Virus record (IMG/VR): IMGVR_UViG_3300044716_000631
Length of the DNA stretch: 20,012 nt
From: a virus
Lineage: Duplodnaviria; Heunggongvirae; Uroviricota; Caudoviricetes
Reading direction: 5' to 3' (one strand)
Part shown: positions 7,134-16,270 of the stretch, one piece after another
Layout: each line of letters opens with the position of its first letter
Position numbering within the stretch: the stretch's first letter is position 1
Translations under genes and position numbers: made by a program
Notes under the pieces: model-generated
Seen by the model: the letters and a program-made list of their open reading frames with translations, nothing else
Told to the model about the DNA's origin: nothing
Databases searched by the model: none

Positions 7134-8777
7134 TCACGCTGGTTTCTTAACTAGATCTGGAACCTTAGGAAGAGAAGGAACTTTTGCCGTCTTTCCTGTG
7201 TCTGGTCCTAGAGCTCCACTTGTATCTTCTGGTCCTGGAGCCTCCATTGGCTGGCCATCTGGTCCCATTTCAACCGGTGGATTATATTGTGGATTTTCTT
7301 GTTCTTCAACGATTTGCTCGTCAATTTCCTTCATGTCTTCTTCAGTCTGATACAGAACATTACGACGTACCCATTCGTGTGAGTAGTACTTGCCTGTATA
7401 GTCATCAATATCACGAAGCATTGAGATACGATCACGAAGAATTTCAGTATTTCTTAATTCAGCAAAGTGGTTATCTTCTGAATATTCATACTTAAAGTTA
7501 GTTCTAAATTCTTGCCAATCTTCACTGGTAATAACACCCTTGAGGATAAGTTGCTTCTCAAGAATCTTATTAAAGAGTTCTGAGAACTTACCACGAAGGC
7601 GAGTAATAAACTTAGCAAACTTAACTTCATCACGTGAAACTTCAGTAGCACGACCAAAGCTATAGTTTTGTTCTGGATCAAGACGAGTAATTGGAACGTT
7701 CAACGACTTATAAAGCTTACGTTGGAAGTAAACCACATCATCCATTTGGCCAAGGTTTTGACCACCAGGAAGAGTTGTAATTTCTGTACCTTTACCACCT
7801 TCACGACGTGGTAGCCAAAAATCTTCAAGCATTGTCATGTGCTTACGGTCGTCACGAATTTCACCAGTCTGAGCATCGTAAACTACGCGGTTCTTAAAGC
7901 GAGTCATAATATCACGAAGATATTGCTCAGCTTTCATCTTTGGTAGGTTACCAACATCAATGTAGAAAATACGACGTTCTGGAGCACGAGAAATACGATA
8001 GATAACCAGTGAGTCTTCCATAGACTTTAGCTGGTTGAGTGGCTTGATTGCCTTTTGCAGGTAACCAATCACCATATCACCACCGACATTTACTAGTCCA
8101 GATGATGTATTGACAACGGAATCTACAGCAATACGAATGCCCTGTGACGCAGGATCGTTATAAGTAGATCCTTGTGTAGGTGCTTTAGCGAATCCTTTAT
8201 CATTATAGATATAGAATTCTTCAGCAGTCTTATTGATAATTACGTTAGTATTCTTATTCGCCTTGACTCTCTTCTGAGTCTTAATCTTACGAATCTTACG
8301 CGGATCAACGTATCTTAATTCTTTGATACCTTCACGCGGTGCTTTTTCATCGATGATAGCATGATAGTAAAGTCTACCATCAACATACCATTTACGAAAG
8401 ATTTCATATGCGTGTTGGTTAAATTCAAGAAGTTCGAGAGTATTATCAAACTCTTCTAGAATCATCTTCTTGATATTTTCTGGTTGTTCTAGATCGTCAA
8501 GGTTCAGAGATACGATCTCTTTCTTGGGATCCATTACAATAGCTTCATTGACAATATCGTCAACTGCCATTTCAATATCTGGATGCATAGAGATTTCACG
8601 GTACTTGCTGACAAGTTCCGCTTCGTTTCTTACTGCACCTTCAAGATCTACGTATTGGCCGTATGCGCCACCTTCGGAAACGACAAGTGCACCATCTTCT
8701 TCCAGTTTTGGAGCAAAAGATGGTAACTCTTCTTGTGGTTTCTTACGAACAATTTCAAAACCAAATAACTCGGCCAT
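7134..8777 (-). CDS. gp20: Portal vertex protein (T4 gp20 family)
   Basis: Start moved to the ATG at 8777 (MAELFGFEI; AGGAG RBS). Motifs: FRKWYVDGRLYYH, YRISRAPERRIFYIDVGNLPKMKAEQYL, EDFWLPRREGGKGTEITTLPGGQNLG, ISRDE-like VSRDEVKF. Confidence 0.98.
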   Translation of the reverse strand: MAELFGFEIVRKKPQEELPSFAPKLEEDGALVVSEGGAYGQYVDLEGAVRNEAELVSKYREISMHPDIEMAVDDIVNEAIVMDPKKEIVSLNLDDLEQPENIKKMILEEFDNTLELLEFNQHAYEIFRKWYVDGRLYYHAIIDEKAPREGIKELRYVDPRKIRKIKTQKRVKANKNTNVIINKTAEEFYIYNDKGFAKAPTQGSTYNDPASQGIRIAVDSVVNTSSGLVNVGGDMVIGYLQKAIKPLNQLKSMEDSLVIYRISRAPERRIFYIDVGNLPKMKAEQYLRDIMTRFKNRVVYDAQTGEIRDDRKHMTMLEDFWLPRREGGKGTEITTLPGGQNLGQMDDVVYFQRKLYKSLNVPITRLDPEQNYSFGRATEVSRDEVKFAKFITRLRGKFSELFNKILEKQLILKGVITSEDWQEFRTNFKYEYSEDNHFAELRNTEILRDRISMLRDIDDYTGKYYSHEWVRRNVLYQTEEDMKEIDEQIVEEQENPQYNPPVEMGPDGQPMEAPGPEDTSGALGPDTGKTAKVPSLPKVPDLVKKPA

Positions 8778-8793
8778 TTGGACTCCTGTTAAC

Positions 8794-8824
8794 AAAAAAA
8801 GTAAGGGGAATGGTTACCCCTTAC
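8794..8824 (-). terminator. Rho-independent terminator after gp19
   Basis: 8-bp stem GUAAGGGG/CCCCUUAC, 8-nt loop, followed by U7. Confidence 0.85.
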
Positions 8825-8827
8825 TTA

Positions 8828-9364
8828 TTACTGACCACCAGCTCTATCGGTGGTGCCACCACTTACAGTCCAGTAATCGTACGAGAATGTTACCTGGAAC
8901 GATTCAATCTGATCTGTTGTACCCCAATCGAGTTCGATTGGAGAAATAACACTTGGGAAGACTCCATTGAATGTATATTCACGAAGCTTCGAACCGTCCT
9001 TAGCATACTGGATTACAGTAGCATTTGACTTATAACGATTGATATCGCGAACATTACGCTCAAGACGATTGATTCGGTTCGACCATTCTTCCATGGCGTT
9101 ACGAATCAGGAAGTCTTCATCATTGATAACTGTTACTGTCCAGTCACCGAATGTTCTATCTCCAGCCAACTTCATTTGGCGGCCGAAGTAAAACACAGGA
9201 ATGACACCCAGTTGAGATTCTGGAATCTGAGCAGCCTGAACCATGAAAGGTGTTTTCAGGTCGCCCGAAGCATTTGCAGGATTGTTAATACGCACCTGGA
9301 AAAGATTCTGACGTGCACCGCCGTAAACCAGTTGGCTTCTCATTTCATTGATATTAAAAGCCAT
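8828..9364 (-). CDS. gp19: Tail tube protein (T4 gp19 family)
   Basis: GGARQNLFQV, AAQIPES.LG.IPV.YFGRQMKLAGDRTFGDWTVTVINDEDF.IRNAMEEW, FP..ISPIELDW...IESFQVTFSYDYW. Confidence 0.97.
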   Translation of the reverse strand: MAFNINEMRSQLVYGGARQNLFQVRINNPANASGDLKTPFMVQAAQIPESQLGVIPVFYFGRQMKLAGDRTFGDWTVTVINDEDFLIRNAMEEWSNRINRLERNVRDINRYKSNATVIQYAKDGSKLREYTFNGVFPSVISPIELDWGTTDQIESFQVTFSYDYWTVSGGTTDRAGGQ

Positions 9365-9388
9365 TTCTTATTTCCTCCTAGTTTCTTT

Positions 9389-9396
9389 TATTTATT
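9389..9396 (-). promoter_or_regulatory. Late promoter-like AATAAATA upstream of gp19
   Basis: Overlaps the gp18 TAA stop; followed by a GGAGG RBS. Confidence 0.62.
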
Positions 9397-11830
9397 AGAA
9401 CTGGCCGACAACTTCGTTGAACTCTACGCCGGATCTTACAGCAACAAAGTTCAGTTGGATGAAGTTGATGCTCTTAGCTGGCTTAATGTAGATGTCACCA
9501 ACAAAGCGGTTTGTATCAACAACTTCTGGAGTATTGTTTGTTTCGTCGCAAACAACACGGAAGTCAATGATACCACGGCGGCCCTGGATATCACGGAGGA
9601 ATGGTTCAATCAGATTCAAGAATTGAGATCTTGTGAATTCATCATTGAACTCAAAGAGCATCTGATTAGCAGCTGTTGCAATTGTCTTTTCAAGGACAAT
9701 AAACAGACGACGTACGTTGATACGATCGAATGCGCTTGAACGACCAAGAGCGGTCTTGTCACCGAACAGAACTGTTCCTTGACCTGGCTGCGTGATTACT
9801 GGGTTGATGTCGTTCTTATAAAGAAGATCACGATCTGTCTTGTTAGGGCTATAAGCCAGCTTTACAAGGTTCTTGATTTGACCACGATTGTAACCAGCTG
9901 GTGAGAACCATGGATCACGTAGATCGTCCGAACGAGCTGTTAGACCAGCAATATCACCATTCAGTGGAACATAGCGATATACGTCGTTGTACTTGTCGTA
10001 CTGGTACTTATAACCAGAATCGATGAATGCATACGAGCTGTTACGCAGACTCTGACGGAATGTTACGATATTTGCAGCTTGTGAGCCTTCAACACCTGAA
10101 CCAACAACGTCTTCCTTCTGAGGTGATACGAATACCACACAGTCCTTACGAACATCGGCAATGTTATCGATCAGATAGTTAGCTAGCTGTGCACCGTTTG
10201 ATGCACCAACTGATTTACCAGTCATGAGCAGAGATACGTCAACCAAAGATGAATCAGCGAAGAGATCATAAGCTGTAGCTAGAGCAGCAACAGATGTCGA
10301 ACTTTCTGTTACACCATCGCGTCCACCGATAAACGATTTAGCATATGGAGCACTTGCTGTAGAATTTGTAAGACTTGCTGCAGCAGCTGTAGCAGCTTCT
10401 GAACGATCGTTCGTTGCCCATACATAGCGTGAGTTGTCATTTACAACTGTCTTATAGAAAGCAGTTGTGCCATCTTCGCCAATAGCGTCTGTAGCACGCG
10501 AAAGATTCTCGTAAACTTCAAGGACTGTTCCAGGTGTACCTGAGAACTTACCATCTTCGTCTACAACTACAACACTTACTTGGTCAACAGTTGTTAGGCC
10601 ACGATCTGCAAGATAGCTTGATGTGCCTGGAGCTGCTGGAACAGTATTGAAGAATTCCCACTTACGTGTGATTGTATTCGAACTGAAGTTCGAAGCACGA
10701 TTCCAAGTATCTTCAAATGTAATTGGGAAGTATGCTAAAGTTAGATCGTTGAACGTAATAGCTGTAGGAAGAGACTTAATCTTTAGAGTCTGAGTACCAA
10801 CAGTTGTGTTACCAAGTTCAATATAATCACCAACAGACAGAGACGATAGAAGTATTTCTGTAGCTGTTTTTGTTTCAGCGTATGTAAGGTTACCTTCACC
10901 AGCACCATTTCCGGCCCAAGTAAGAACAACGTTAGCAACATTTGAATTAACAGAAACGCTAATTGCTGCATTTGCAAGTTGATTTAGTTTAAAACCATCA
11001 TCTGCAGTAACAGTAGCAGGACCAGCAGCAGCACCACCAACACTGTTTCCGCTAAACATGTTGATTGTGCGTGTATATTGATTTGCTGAATCGCACATAG
11101 AAACACGAAGCGAGTTACCAAGATCACCTGGATAACGAGCTACAAACTGCGTGCTTGCAAAGGTAGCATTTGCTGGACCCTTGTCTTCGAAGTCATCCGC
11201 ATTCTTGACAATGCTATCTGCAAGTTCAATAACACCACTATTAGCAACTGCGTTCAGTGCAAGCGTTGGTGTGATGAAGTTAACATGTGTATCGGTGCTG
11301 TTTAGAGTGCCATTTGCAAATGTAACAACTTTATTTAAAGTATAAAGTGTGTGTGTTGCTGGAACACCAGCAGCATTTACAACACCTGTGCTATTAGCAG
11401 TTGTCAGAATGCTACCAATTGTAACACCTTCTGGGAAAGTTGCAGAATATACAATGTCGCCAACTGTAGCACCAGCTGGGTTTCCAGCGGTTGGAACCAG
11501 AATAGTAGAAACTTCTGTAGTGCTTGTCAGATTAGCTGAAGCAGCTGCAACTGTGTTTGAGAAACCAGTTGTTACAGCAGCACGGCTTACATATAGAGCA
11601 TTACCATATGCAAGGAAGTTAGCAGCTGTAAAGAAGGTTTCGAAATTGTCTGATGTTGGCTTGCCGTAACGTGCGGCAAGAGTATTTTCTGAATCTACTA
11701 GAATGAACTTTCCGATAGGACCCCAACGGAACACACCACCAATGGCACCAACAGTGGTTGCCAGCGATGGGATGGTAGTAGTTAGGTCGATCTCAGATAC
11801 ATTAATTCCAGGGCTGACTTGAAACGCCAT
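9395..11830 (-). CDS. gp18: Tail sheath protein (T4 gp18 family), 811 aa
   Basis: MAFQVSPGINVSEIDLT, GVFRWGP, ARYPGDLGN, DSGYKYQYDKYNDVYRYVPLNGDIAGL, PWFSPAGYNRG, FDRINVRRLF, YIKPAKSINFIQLNFVA. Confidence 0.98.
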   Translation of the reverse strand: MAFQVSPGINVSEIDLTTTIPSLATTVGAIGGVFRWGPIGKFILVDSENTLAARYGKPTSDNFETFFTAANFLAYGNALYVSRAAVTTGFSNTVAAASANLTSTTEVSTILVPTAGNPAGATVGDIVYSATFPEGVTIGSILTTANSTGVVNAAGVPATHTLYTLNKVVTFANGTLNSTDTHVNFITPTLALNAVANSGVIELADSIVKNADDFEDKGPANATFASTQFVARYPGDLGNSLRVSMCDSANQYTRTINMFSGNSVGGAAAGPATVTADDGFKLNQLANAAISVSVNSNVANVVLTWAGNGAGEGNLTYAETKTATEILLSSLSVGDYIELGNTTVGTQTLKIKSLPTAITFNDLTLAYFPITFEDTWNRASNFSSNTITRKWEFFNTVPAAPGTSSYLADRGLTTVDQVSVVVVDEDGKFSGTPGTVLEVYENLSRATDAIGEDGTTAFYKTVVNDNSRYVWATNDRSEAATAAAASLTNSTASAPYAKSFIGGRDGVTESSTSVAALATAYDLFADSSLVDVSLLMTGKSVGASNGAQLANYLIDNIADVRKDCVVFVSPQKEDVVGSGVEGSQAANIVTFRQSLRNSSYAFIDSGYKYQYDKYNDVYRYVPLNGDIAGLTARSDDLRDPWFSPAGYNRGQIKNLVKLAYSPNKTDRDLLYKNDINPVITQPGQGTVLFGDKTALGRSSAFDRINVRRLFIVLEKTIATAANQMLFEFNDEFTRSQFLNLIEPFLRDIQGRRGIIDFRVVCDETNNTPEVVDTNRFVGDIYIKPAKSINFIQLNFVAVRSGVEFNEVVGQF

Positions 11831-11873
11831 TGTTATCTCCCTTAGTCGAAGGTGTTATATACGAGTTTTGTTT

Positions 11874-11881
11874 TATTTATA
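11874..11881 (-). promoter_or_regulatory. T4-type late promoter TATAAATA for gp18
   Basis: Exact consensus overlapping the last codon and TAA of gp17. Confidence 0.8.
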
Positions 11882-13550
11882 AGTTAAGGAAATTGCGTTT
11901 TTGCTCTGCCCAGAACTCGTCTCGATAAGTATTATCATTTCCAATCAAAGATTCATTGCTTTGATCGTCATATTCGTCATCACCGGTACTCATTAATCCA
12001 AACGGAAGCATCTCTTCTTCAAACATTCTTTCGTTTTGTTCATAGATTTGCTTACGGATATCAAGGTCTGTAAGTTCTTTTAAATATGGTTGTGTAGTTA
12101 ACCAAGCAAAGAGAACGCAGCACATGGCCATATCGTCATGGCCTTCTTCTGCTTCGTATGATTGGTTACCTTTTAGACTATTCTTGAGTGAGAATCTTGT
12201 CAATTCATAAATTGTATCATAGTCTGAAATAATAAACTTGTCAGATTCTATAAGAGTCTTGAGTGTAGCACATCCAATTCTTTTTACCTGCTTGGTAGTT
12301 CTTACACCACGAGTCGTTGAAGTAGCAAAACCACCAGAAAGACTTTGGCCAGACCTACCATTATTGGCAGTTACAAAGATACCTTCATATTCTAGGTCGT
12401 AGTGAAGAATATCTGCAACCTGTTGGCCAATATCGTTTGTTTCTACAAGTACAACTGCATCATTATAGTGCTTTGCCACTTCGTAGATAATATTAGGATA
12501 CAATAGTGGACTCAATAGATTGTTTCTAAATGTGGCAACTTGTCTGTATGGTAGGTTATTTACATTCACTACAATAAAGGCTGAGTAGTCAGCACCGGCT
12601 CCTCGAGAAGTATCCACTACAATTGCATAGATGTTATCTTTAATTGGTTCTTCATAGACTTTCAGACCAGCTGGTGTCGTATGAATTGGATGCTTATAAA
12701 CCATATTACGAAGTTTATTTGGATTAATCAGCGTGTTCGAAGATCCAAGAAACTCACACTCGTATTCCTGTCTGAACTGGTCTTCAGAAGTATTGGAAAT
12801 TGTTTCTTCTTTCCATGCCTCATCACGACCTGGAATCTGTGACCAGTGAACGTCGACACGAGCATAAGCATTACGACCTTCTTCAGACTCTGTCCAGATA
12901 CGATAGAACATGTTCATACCGTTTGGTGTCGAAGTCACAAGAACCTTTGAACTCTGACCAGATGAAATGGTAGGATAAACCGATGCAAAGAACTCATCTT
13001 GAATGTTGGTCGGAACGAACGCAAACTCGTCGAGGTATACCATGTTCTGCGAAGTACCACGAATAGCAGAAGATGACGTAGCAGAAGCAAGGATTTCAGA
13101 TCCATTCTCCAGCTTAATGTTACCCTTGTTCCATTCGGTAACTCCCATCTGGAGCCACTTCGGAAGGTGTTCAAACATAAGCTGAATACGACCAAGAATT
13201 TCTCGAGCCTGTCTGTCTTTGTTGGCGAGAATAGCGATGGAATATTCTTCGTTAAAGAGAATCTTCCATAGCAGATAAGCAGCAACCGTAGTTGTCTTAC
13301 CAACCTGACGAGGCATCTTACAGATAACAAAACGATTGGCCTCAAAGGAAAGAATCATTTCCTTCTGGAATTCCCAGAGCGGGAACATAATAAGACCCTT
13401 GTCAATATTGACAATCTTACAATAAGTTAAGATAAAGTAGATTGGATCTTCAGAGCACTTGATATACTCAGCAACTTGCTCTGGAGTATACTCGACCTTT
13501 GTATCTGCTCTTTTAAGTCTAGGATTACCTAGATAATTTTCACTGCTCAT
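11877..13550 (-). CDS. gp17: Terminase large subunit (T4 gp17 family)
   Basis: YLGNPRLKR, MPRQVGKTT (Walker A), MVYLDEFAF (Walker B), TSTPNG, FRQEYECEF, nuclease VDTSRG..ADYS and HDDMAM. Confidence 0.98.
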   Translation of the reverse strand: MSSENYLGNPRLKRADTKVEYTPEQVAEYIKCSEDPIYFILTYCKIVNIDKGLIMFPLWEFQKEMILSFEANRFVICKMPRQVGKTTTVAAYLLWKILFNEEYSIAILANKDRQAREILGRIQLMFEHLPKWLQMGVTEWNKGNIKLENGSEILASATSSSAIRGTSQNMVYLDEFAFVPTNIQDEFFASVYPTISSGQSSKVLVTSTPNGMNMFYRIWTESEEGRNAYARVDVHWSQIPGRDEAWKEETISNTSEDQFRQEYECEFLGSSNTLINPNKLRNMVYKHPIHTTPAGLKVYEEPIKDNIYAIVVDTSRGAGADYSAFIVVNVNNLPYRQVATFRNNLLSPLLYPNIIYEVAKHYNDAVVLVETNDIGQQVADILHYDLEYEGIFVTANNGRSGQSLSGGFATSTTRGVRTTKQVKRIGCATLKTLIESDKFIISDYDTIYELTRFSLKNSLKGNQSYEAEEGHDDMAMCCVLFAWLTTQPYLKELTDLDIRKQIYEQNERMFEEEMLPFGLMSTGDDEYDDQSNESLIGNDNTYRDEFWAEQKRNFLNL

Positions 13551-13917
13551 CTTTGTTTTGCTTTAAGTACTTCTGTAACTCGGCAGTTGATCCGACGAAT
13601 AGATTATTCGTAACCTGTTGTGGTGTAGCTTCCGGATCATCTTCTAGGAGCTTTTTCTTTTTGGCTTGGAGATCAAGTAAATCTTTACTGGCTCCAACCA
13701 TAGTGTTCATCATAGTAGCAAGAACTTCGTATGCTCTTGGGTGTTGACTCTGGCGAGCTACATCCATTAGATCAAAGAGAGCTTCTTGTCCCTTATTGAT
13801 TACTTCCATCATGTTTTCACGAGCGTAATCAAAATCCGCTTCAACTTGTGGAATTGCTTTTCTTTCAATGACAGCAGGAAGACTTCCTCTGCCAGTATTT
13901 GTAATGTCATTACTCAT
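13540..13917 (-). CDS. gp16: Terminase small subunit (T4 gp16 family)
   Basis: DFDYARENM, HPRAYEV, VTNNLFVGSTAELQKYL; overlaps the gp17 start. Confidence 0.93.
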   Translation of the reverse strand: MSNDITNTGRGSLPAVIERKAIPQVEADFDYARENMMEVINKGQEALFDLMDVARQSQHPRAYEVLATMMNTMVGASKDLLDLQAKKKKLLEDDPEATPQQVTNNLFVGSTAELQKYLKQNKDEQ

Positions 13918-14747
13918 TAGATATTCTCTTCAAAGTCATTAATAAATCCATAGTTATCTGTTGATTTAATTTCAAGATAATCAATAGACGCAGCAGAATT
14001 ACTTGTCGGTAGGCCACCAACAGTAAGTCCTGGCTTGGCTGTTACGATTACTGTATTTGCTGTTGTTGAAGCATTTGCAGTTGTTGGTGAATCTGTAAGA
14101 CGCATATTGGCTGTAGCAAACTTAACAAGACCAGTCTTCTTGCTCGGACCAAAGATGTATCCTTTTAATGTAAATGTCAGATCCCAGATGATAGCTCTTC
14201 TTTCTTCAAAGCTGCCTTCATAACTATCTGATACGTTTACATCATTTAGAATAATTGGAACGTCGAATGTTGCTCCGATTTCTGGTACTAGATTTACTGT
14301 AGCAGTCCAGTCTGGAGTAAAGTATGGAAGAATCTGTTCAACAATTCTTGTGCCGTCTTCAGCATTCTTTACCATGATTGACATTTGGAATGTAATGTTA
14401 TATGGCACTGGCATATACTGATAAGAGATGCGATCATCAGTGCCATTATTTGTTGGCTGCTTATAGATTCGATTAAGTGTATTCAGTTTTCTATCAGGGT
14501 CATATGTAAATGACGTCATCTCGAAAGAAATACGTGGAAGTACTACACCAACTTTATTCTCTAGTGTTGGGTTACCTTCAAGTCTTGCCAGGAACTTTTC
14601 TTTCGGTCCATAAGAAAGTGGAACTTTGAGAGTCTGAATTGATTCGCCTGAAGCACTATCTCTTGTAATCCAGATATCATTAAAGATAGTTCCGAATAGA
14701 ATTACATATTTTCTAAGTGTATCGTGATGCCATGTACGACCGAACAT
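13917..14747 (-). CDS. gp15: Tail sheath stabilizer / completion protein (T4 gp15 family)
   Basis: LFGTIFNDI, KVPLSYGPKEKFLARL, LPRISFEM, VPYNI.F, EQILPYFTP, D.PIILN, WDLTFTLKGYIFGP. Confidence 0.94.
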   Translation of the reverse strand: MFGRTWHHDTLRKYVILFGTIFNDIWITRDSASGESIQTLKVPLSYGPKEKFLARLEGNPTLENKVGVVLPRISFEMTSFTYDPDRKLNTLNRIYKQPTNNGTDDRISYQYMPVPYNITFQMSIMVKNAEDGTRIVEQILPYFTPDWTATVNLVPEIGATFDVPIILNDVNVSDSYEGSFEERRAIIWDLTFTLKGYIFGPSKKTGLVKFATANMRLTDSPTTANASTTANTVIVTAKPGLTVGGLPTSNSAASIDYLEIKSTDNYGFINDFEENI

Positions 14748-15475
14748 TATGCGTTCCCTTCACTAAATGGATCGATTTGAGTCCAGTCTAGAATGCTATC
14801 ACCTTCAGTTTCAAACTCTGTATTATCTTCAAAAGGATCTCTTGCTTGTTCTTCAAAGTTATAACCACCTTGAACAATTTGATATCCATCTTGGCTGGTA
14901 ATAATAAAGTTATCTTGAGTTAGAATAGCATACTCTGATGCATCAAGTGAAAGATTGGTTTCAATACTATCAATTGCATCGATACCAGTATTGAATCTTT
15001 CTGAGCTATATTCAAACATTTCACAAACCAGATCATACATCTGGATTGCACCCATTTGATAGAATACTGGATTCTTGTTTACATACTTGATAACAAGCAA
15101 ACGATCGAGCATTGGAATATAAATGAGATCGCCTTCTTGTGGACGATCGATCATTTCAATATTACCAATTTCATTCATGAAGTTACGAACAGAGACTGTG
15201 AGAGTCATCTGATCACGAATTTCTAGATTAAACTTAGATAAGAAGTTACCATCACCTTCGTAGCTATCAAAGTTACGAATGTAAAGATCGATGTAATAAG
15301 CAGTCTTGTATTCTGAAATTGTATCTTCACCATAGATATCATCTTTGGCTACCAATGTTCTAGGACAATAGTACATGTCATGGCCATAGATTTTGATAGA
15401 CTCGAGTACGAGATCTTCAATCAAAACCTGTTCTTGGCTATTTGTAAAGTTATTGAAATAGAAATTGGTAGTCAA
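14747..15475 (-). CDS. gp14: Neck protein (T4 gp14 family), TTG start
   Basis: FNNFTNSQEQ.LIEDLV.ESIKIYG.D.YY.PR, FLSKF.LEIRD, RPQEGDLIYIP, FEYSSE, DW...DPFSE. Confidence 0.93.
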   Translation of the reverse strand: MTTNFYFNNFTNSQEQVLIEDLVLESIKIYGHDMYYCPRTLVAKDDIYGEDTISEYKTAYYIDLYIRNFDSYEGDGNFLSKFNLEIRDQMTLTVSVRNFMNEIGNIEMIDRPQEGDLIYIPMLDRLLVIKYVNKNPVFYQMGAIQMYDLVCEMFEYSSERFNTGIDAIDSIETNLSLDASEYAILTQDNFIITSQDGYQIVQGGYNFEEQARDPFEDNTEFETEGDSILDWTQIDPFSEGNA

Positions 15476-15479
15476 GATC

Positions 15480-16223
15480 TTATCCGATCATATCAAGAAC
15501 TGGAAGAGAATACGATGAGATCATCTCGTCTTCCATTCTTCTTAATTCTTCCGTAGCGTCGTCATAGATCTTTTCGCCATTGAACTGTACACCACCTGGT
15601 AAAGACATACCAGTAAACTTAGTCAGGTTAGAACCCCACTGTCTCTTGATCTGCGCAGTTGCATAATTCTGAAGCCAACGATCATTCCATGCATCTGTCC
15701 ATGTTTCAGGATTCACAACTTCGTATGCTTCGACAAGCAGGAACGTACCTGGTGGAACTGTATTCCAGTCCATATCGACATGGAGTCTGTCTTTATGGCG
15801 TTGGTAACGAATTGGTTGTTGGCCCACAAGAAGCTCTGTCACAAGCGCAAGATGTTCCATTACCATATAGTAAGGAACTAGCGAAACGTTTGTCAATGTA
15901 TAGAGGTCGTTCAGAGCGATCTGATAACGGATATTGAAAAGGTCGTCGGCACGAATCGATGGATCGCCAATTTGGAAAACTCGAACTGCGCCAATGATAT
16001 TCTCTGGAAGAGTGATGTACTTATTGGCTTTATCGTCAGCAGTCACTTGATGCTTGTAATAGATTCTATCCGAACCATCGAAGTGGTAGTCGTACCAATA
16101 ACGGATTGCTTCGTCGATACGATCATCTACCTGATCATCATCAACGTTAATCTCAATCACTGGCTTGCCTAGTTTACGTAAGCAATACTCTTTGAACTCA
16201 GCTTTAGTTGTTGGTGTAGCCAT
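15480..16223 (-). CDS. gp13: Neck / head-completion protein (T4 gp13 family)
   Basis: EFKEYCLRKLGKPVIEINVDDDQVDDRIDEA, WLQNYATAQIKRQWGSNLTKF.G..LPGGV.FNG; AGGA RBS. Confidence 0.95.
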   Translation of the reverse strand: MATPTTKAEFKEYCLRKLGKPVIEINVDDDQVDDRIDEAIRYWYDYHFDGSDRIYYKHQVTADDKANKYITLPENIIGAVRVFQIGDPSIRADDLFNIRYQIALNDLYTLTNVSLVPYYMVMEHLALVTELLVGQQPIRYQRHKDRLHVDMDWNTVPPGTFLLVEAYEVVNPETWTDAWNDRWLQNYATAQIKRQWGSNLTKFTGMSLPGGVQFNGEKIYDDATEELRRMEDEMISSYSLPVLDMIG

Positions 16224-16243
16224 CTCGACATCCTGTTTTTGTT

Positions 16244-16251
16244 TATTTATT
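16244..16251 (-). promoter_or_regulatory. Late promoter-like AATAAATA upstream of gp13
   Basis: Intergenic, 20 nt upstream of the gp13 ATG; same motif as other late genes. Confidence 0.6.
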
Positions 16252-16270
16252 TAAACCGGATACTTATCTT

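Noticed and set aside
8470-9739. Long plus-strand ORFs (8470-8949, 8663-9028, 9176-9739) and other antisense or alternate-frame ORFs in the track
   Set aside because: They are shadows of conserved minus-strand structural genes, with no RBS, promoter or recognisable motifs.
12175-12203. TTGACA-N17-TAGTCT inside gp17 (similar hit with an 18-nt spacer at 15867-15896 in gp13)
   Set aside because: Intragenic; a rough estimate gives about one such match by chance per strand in 20 kb of this composition. It needs TSS data.
1882-13550. Introns, inteins or homing endonucleases in gp17, gp20 or gp23
   Set aside because: The genes are continuous and of normal size; no intein or endonuclease motifs, and no intergenic space for them.
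16228-16263. Possible RBS-sequestering hairpin around the gp13 late promoter (GUUUA/UAAAC plus AUCC/GGAU)
   Set aside because: Only short AU-rich pairing with a large asymmetric loop; too weak to support without folding calculations.
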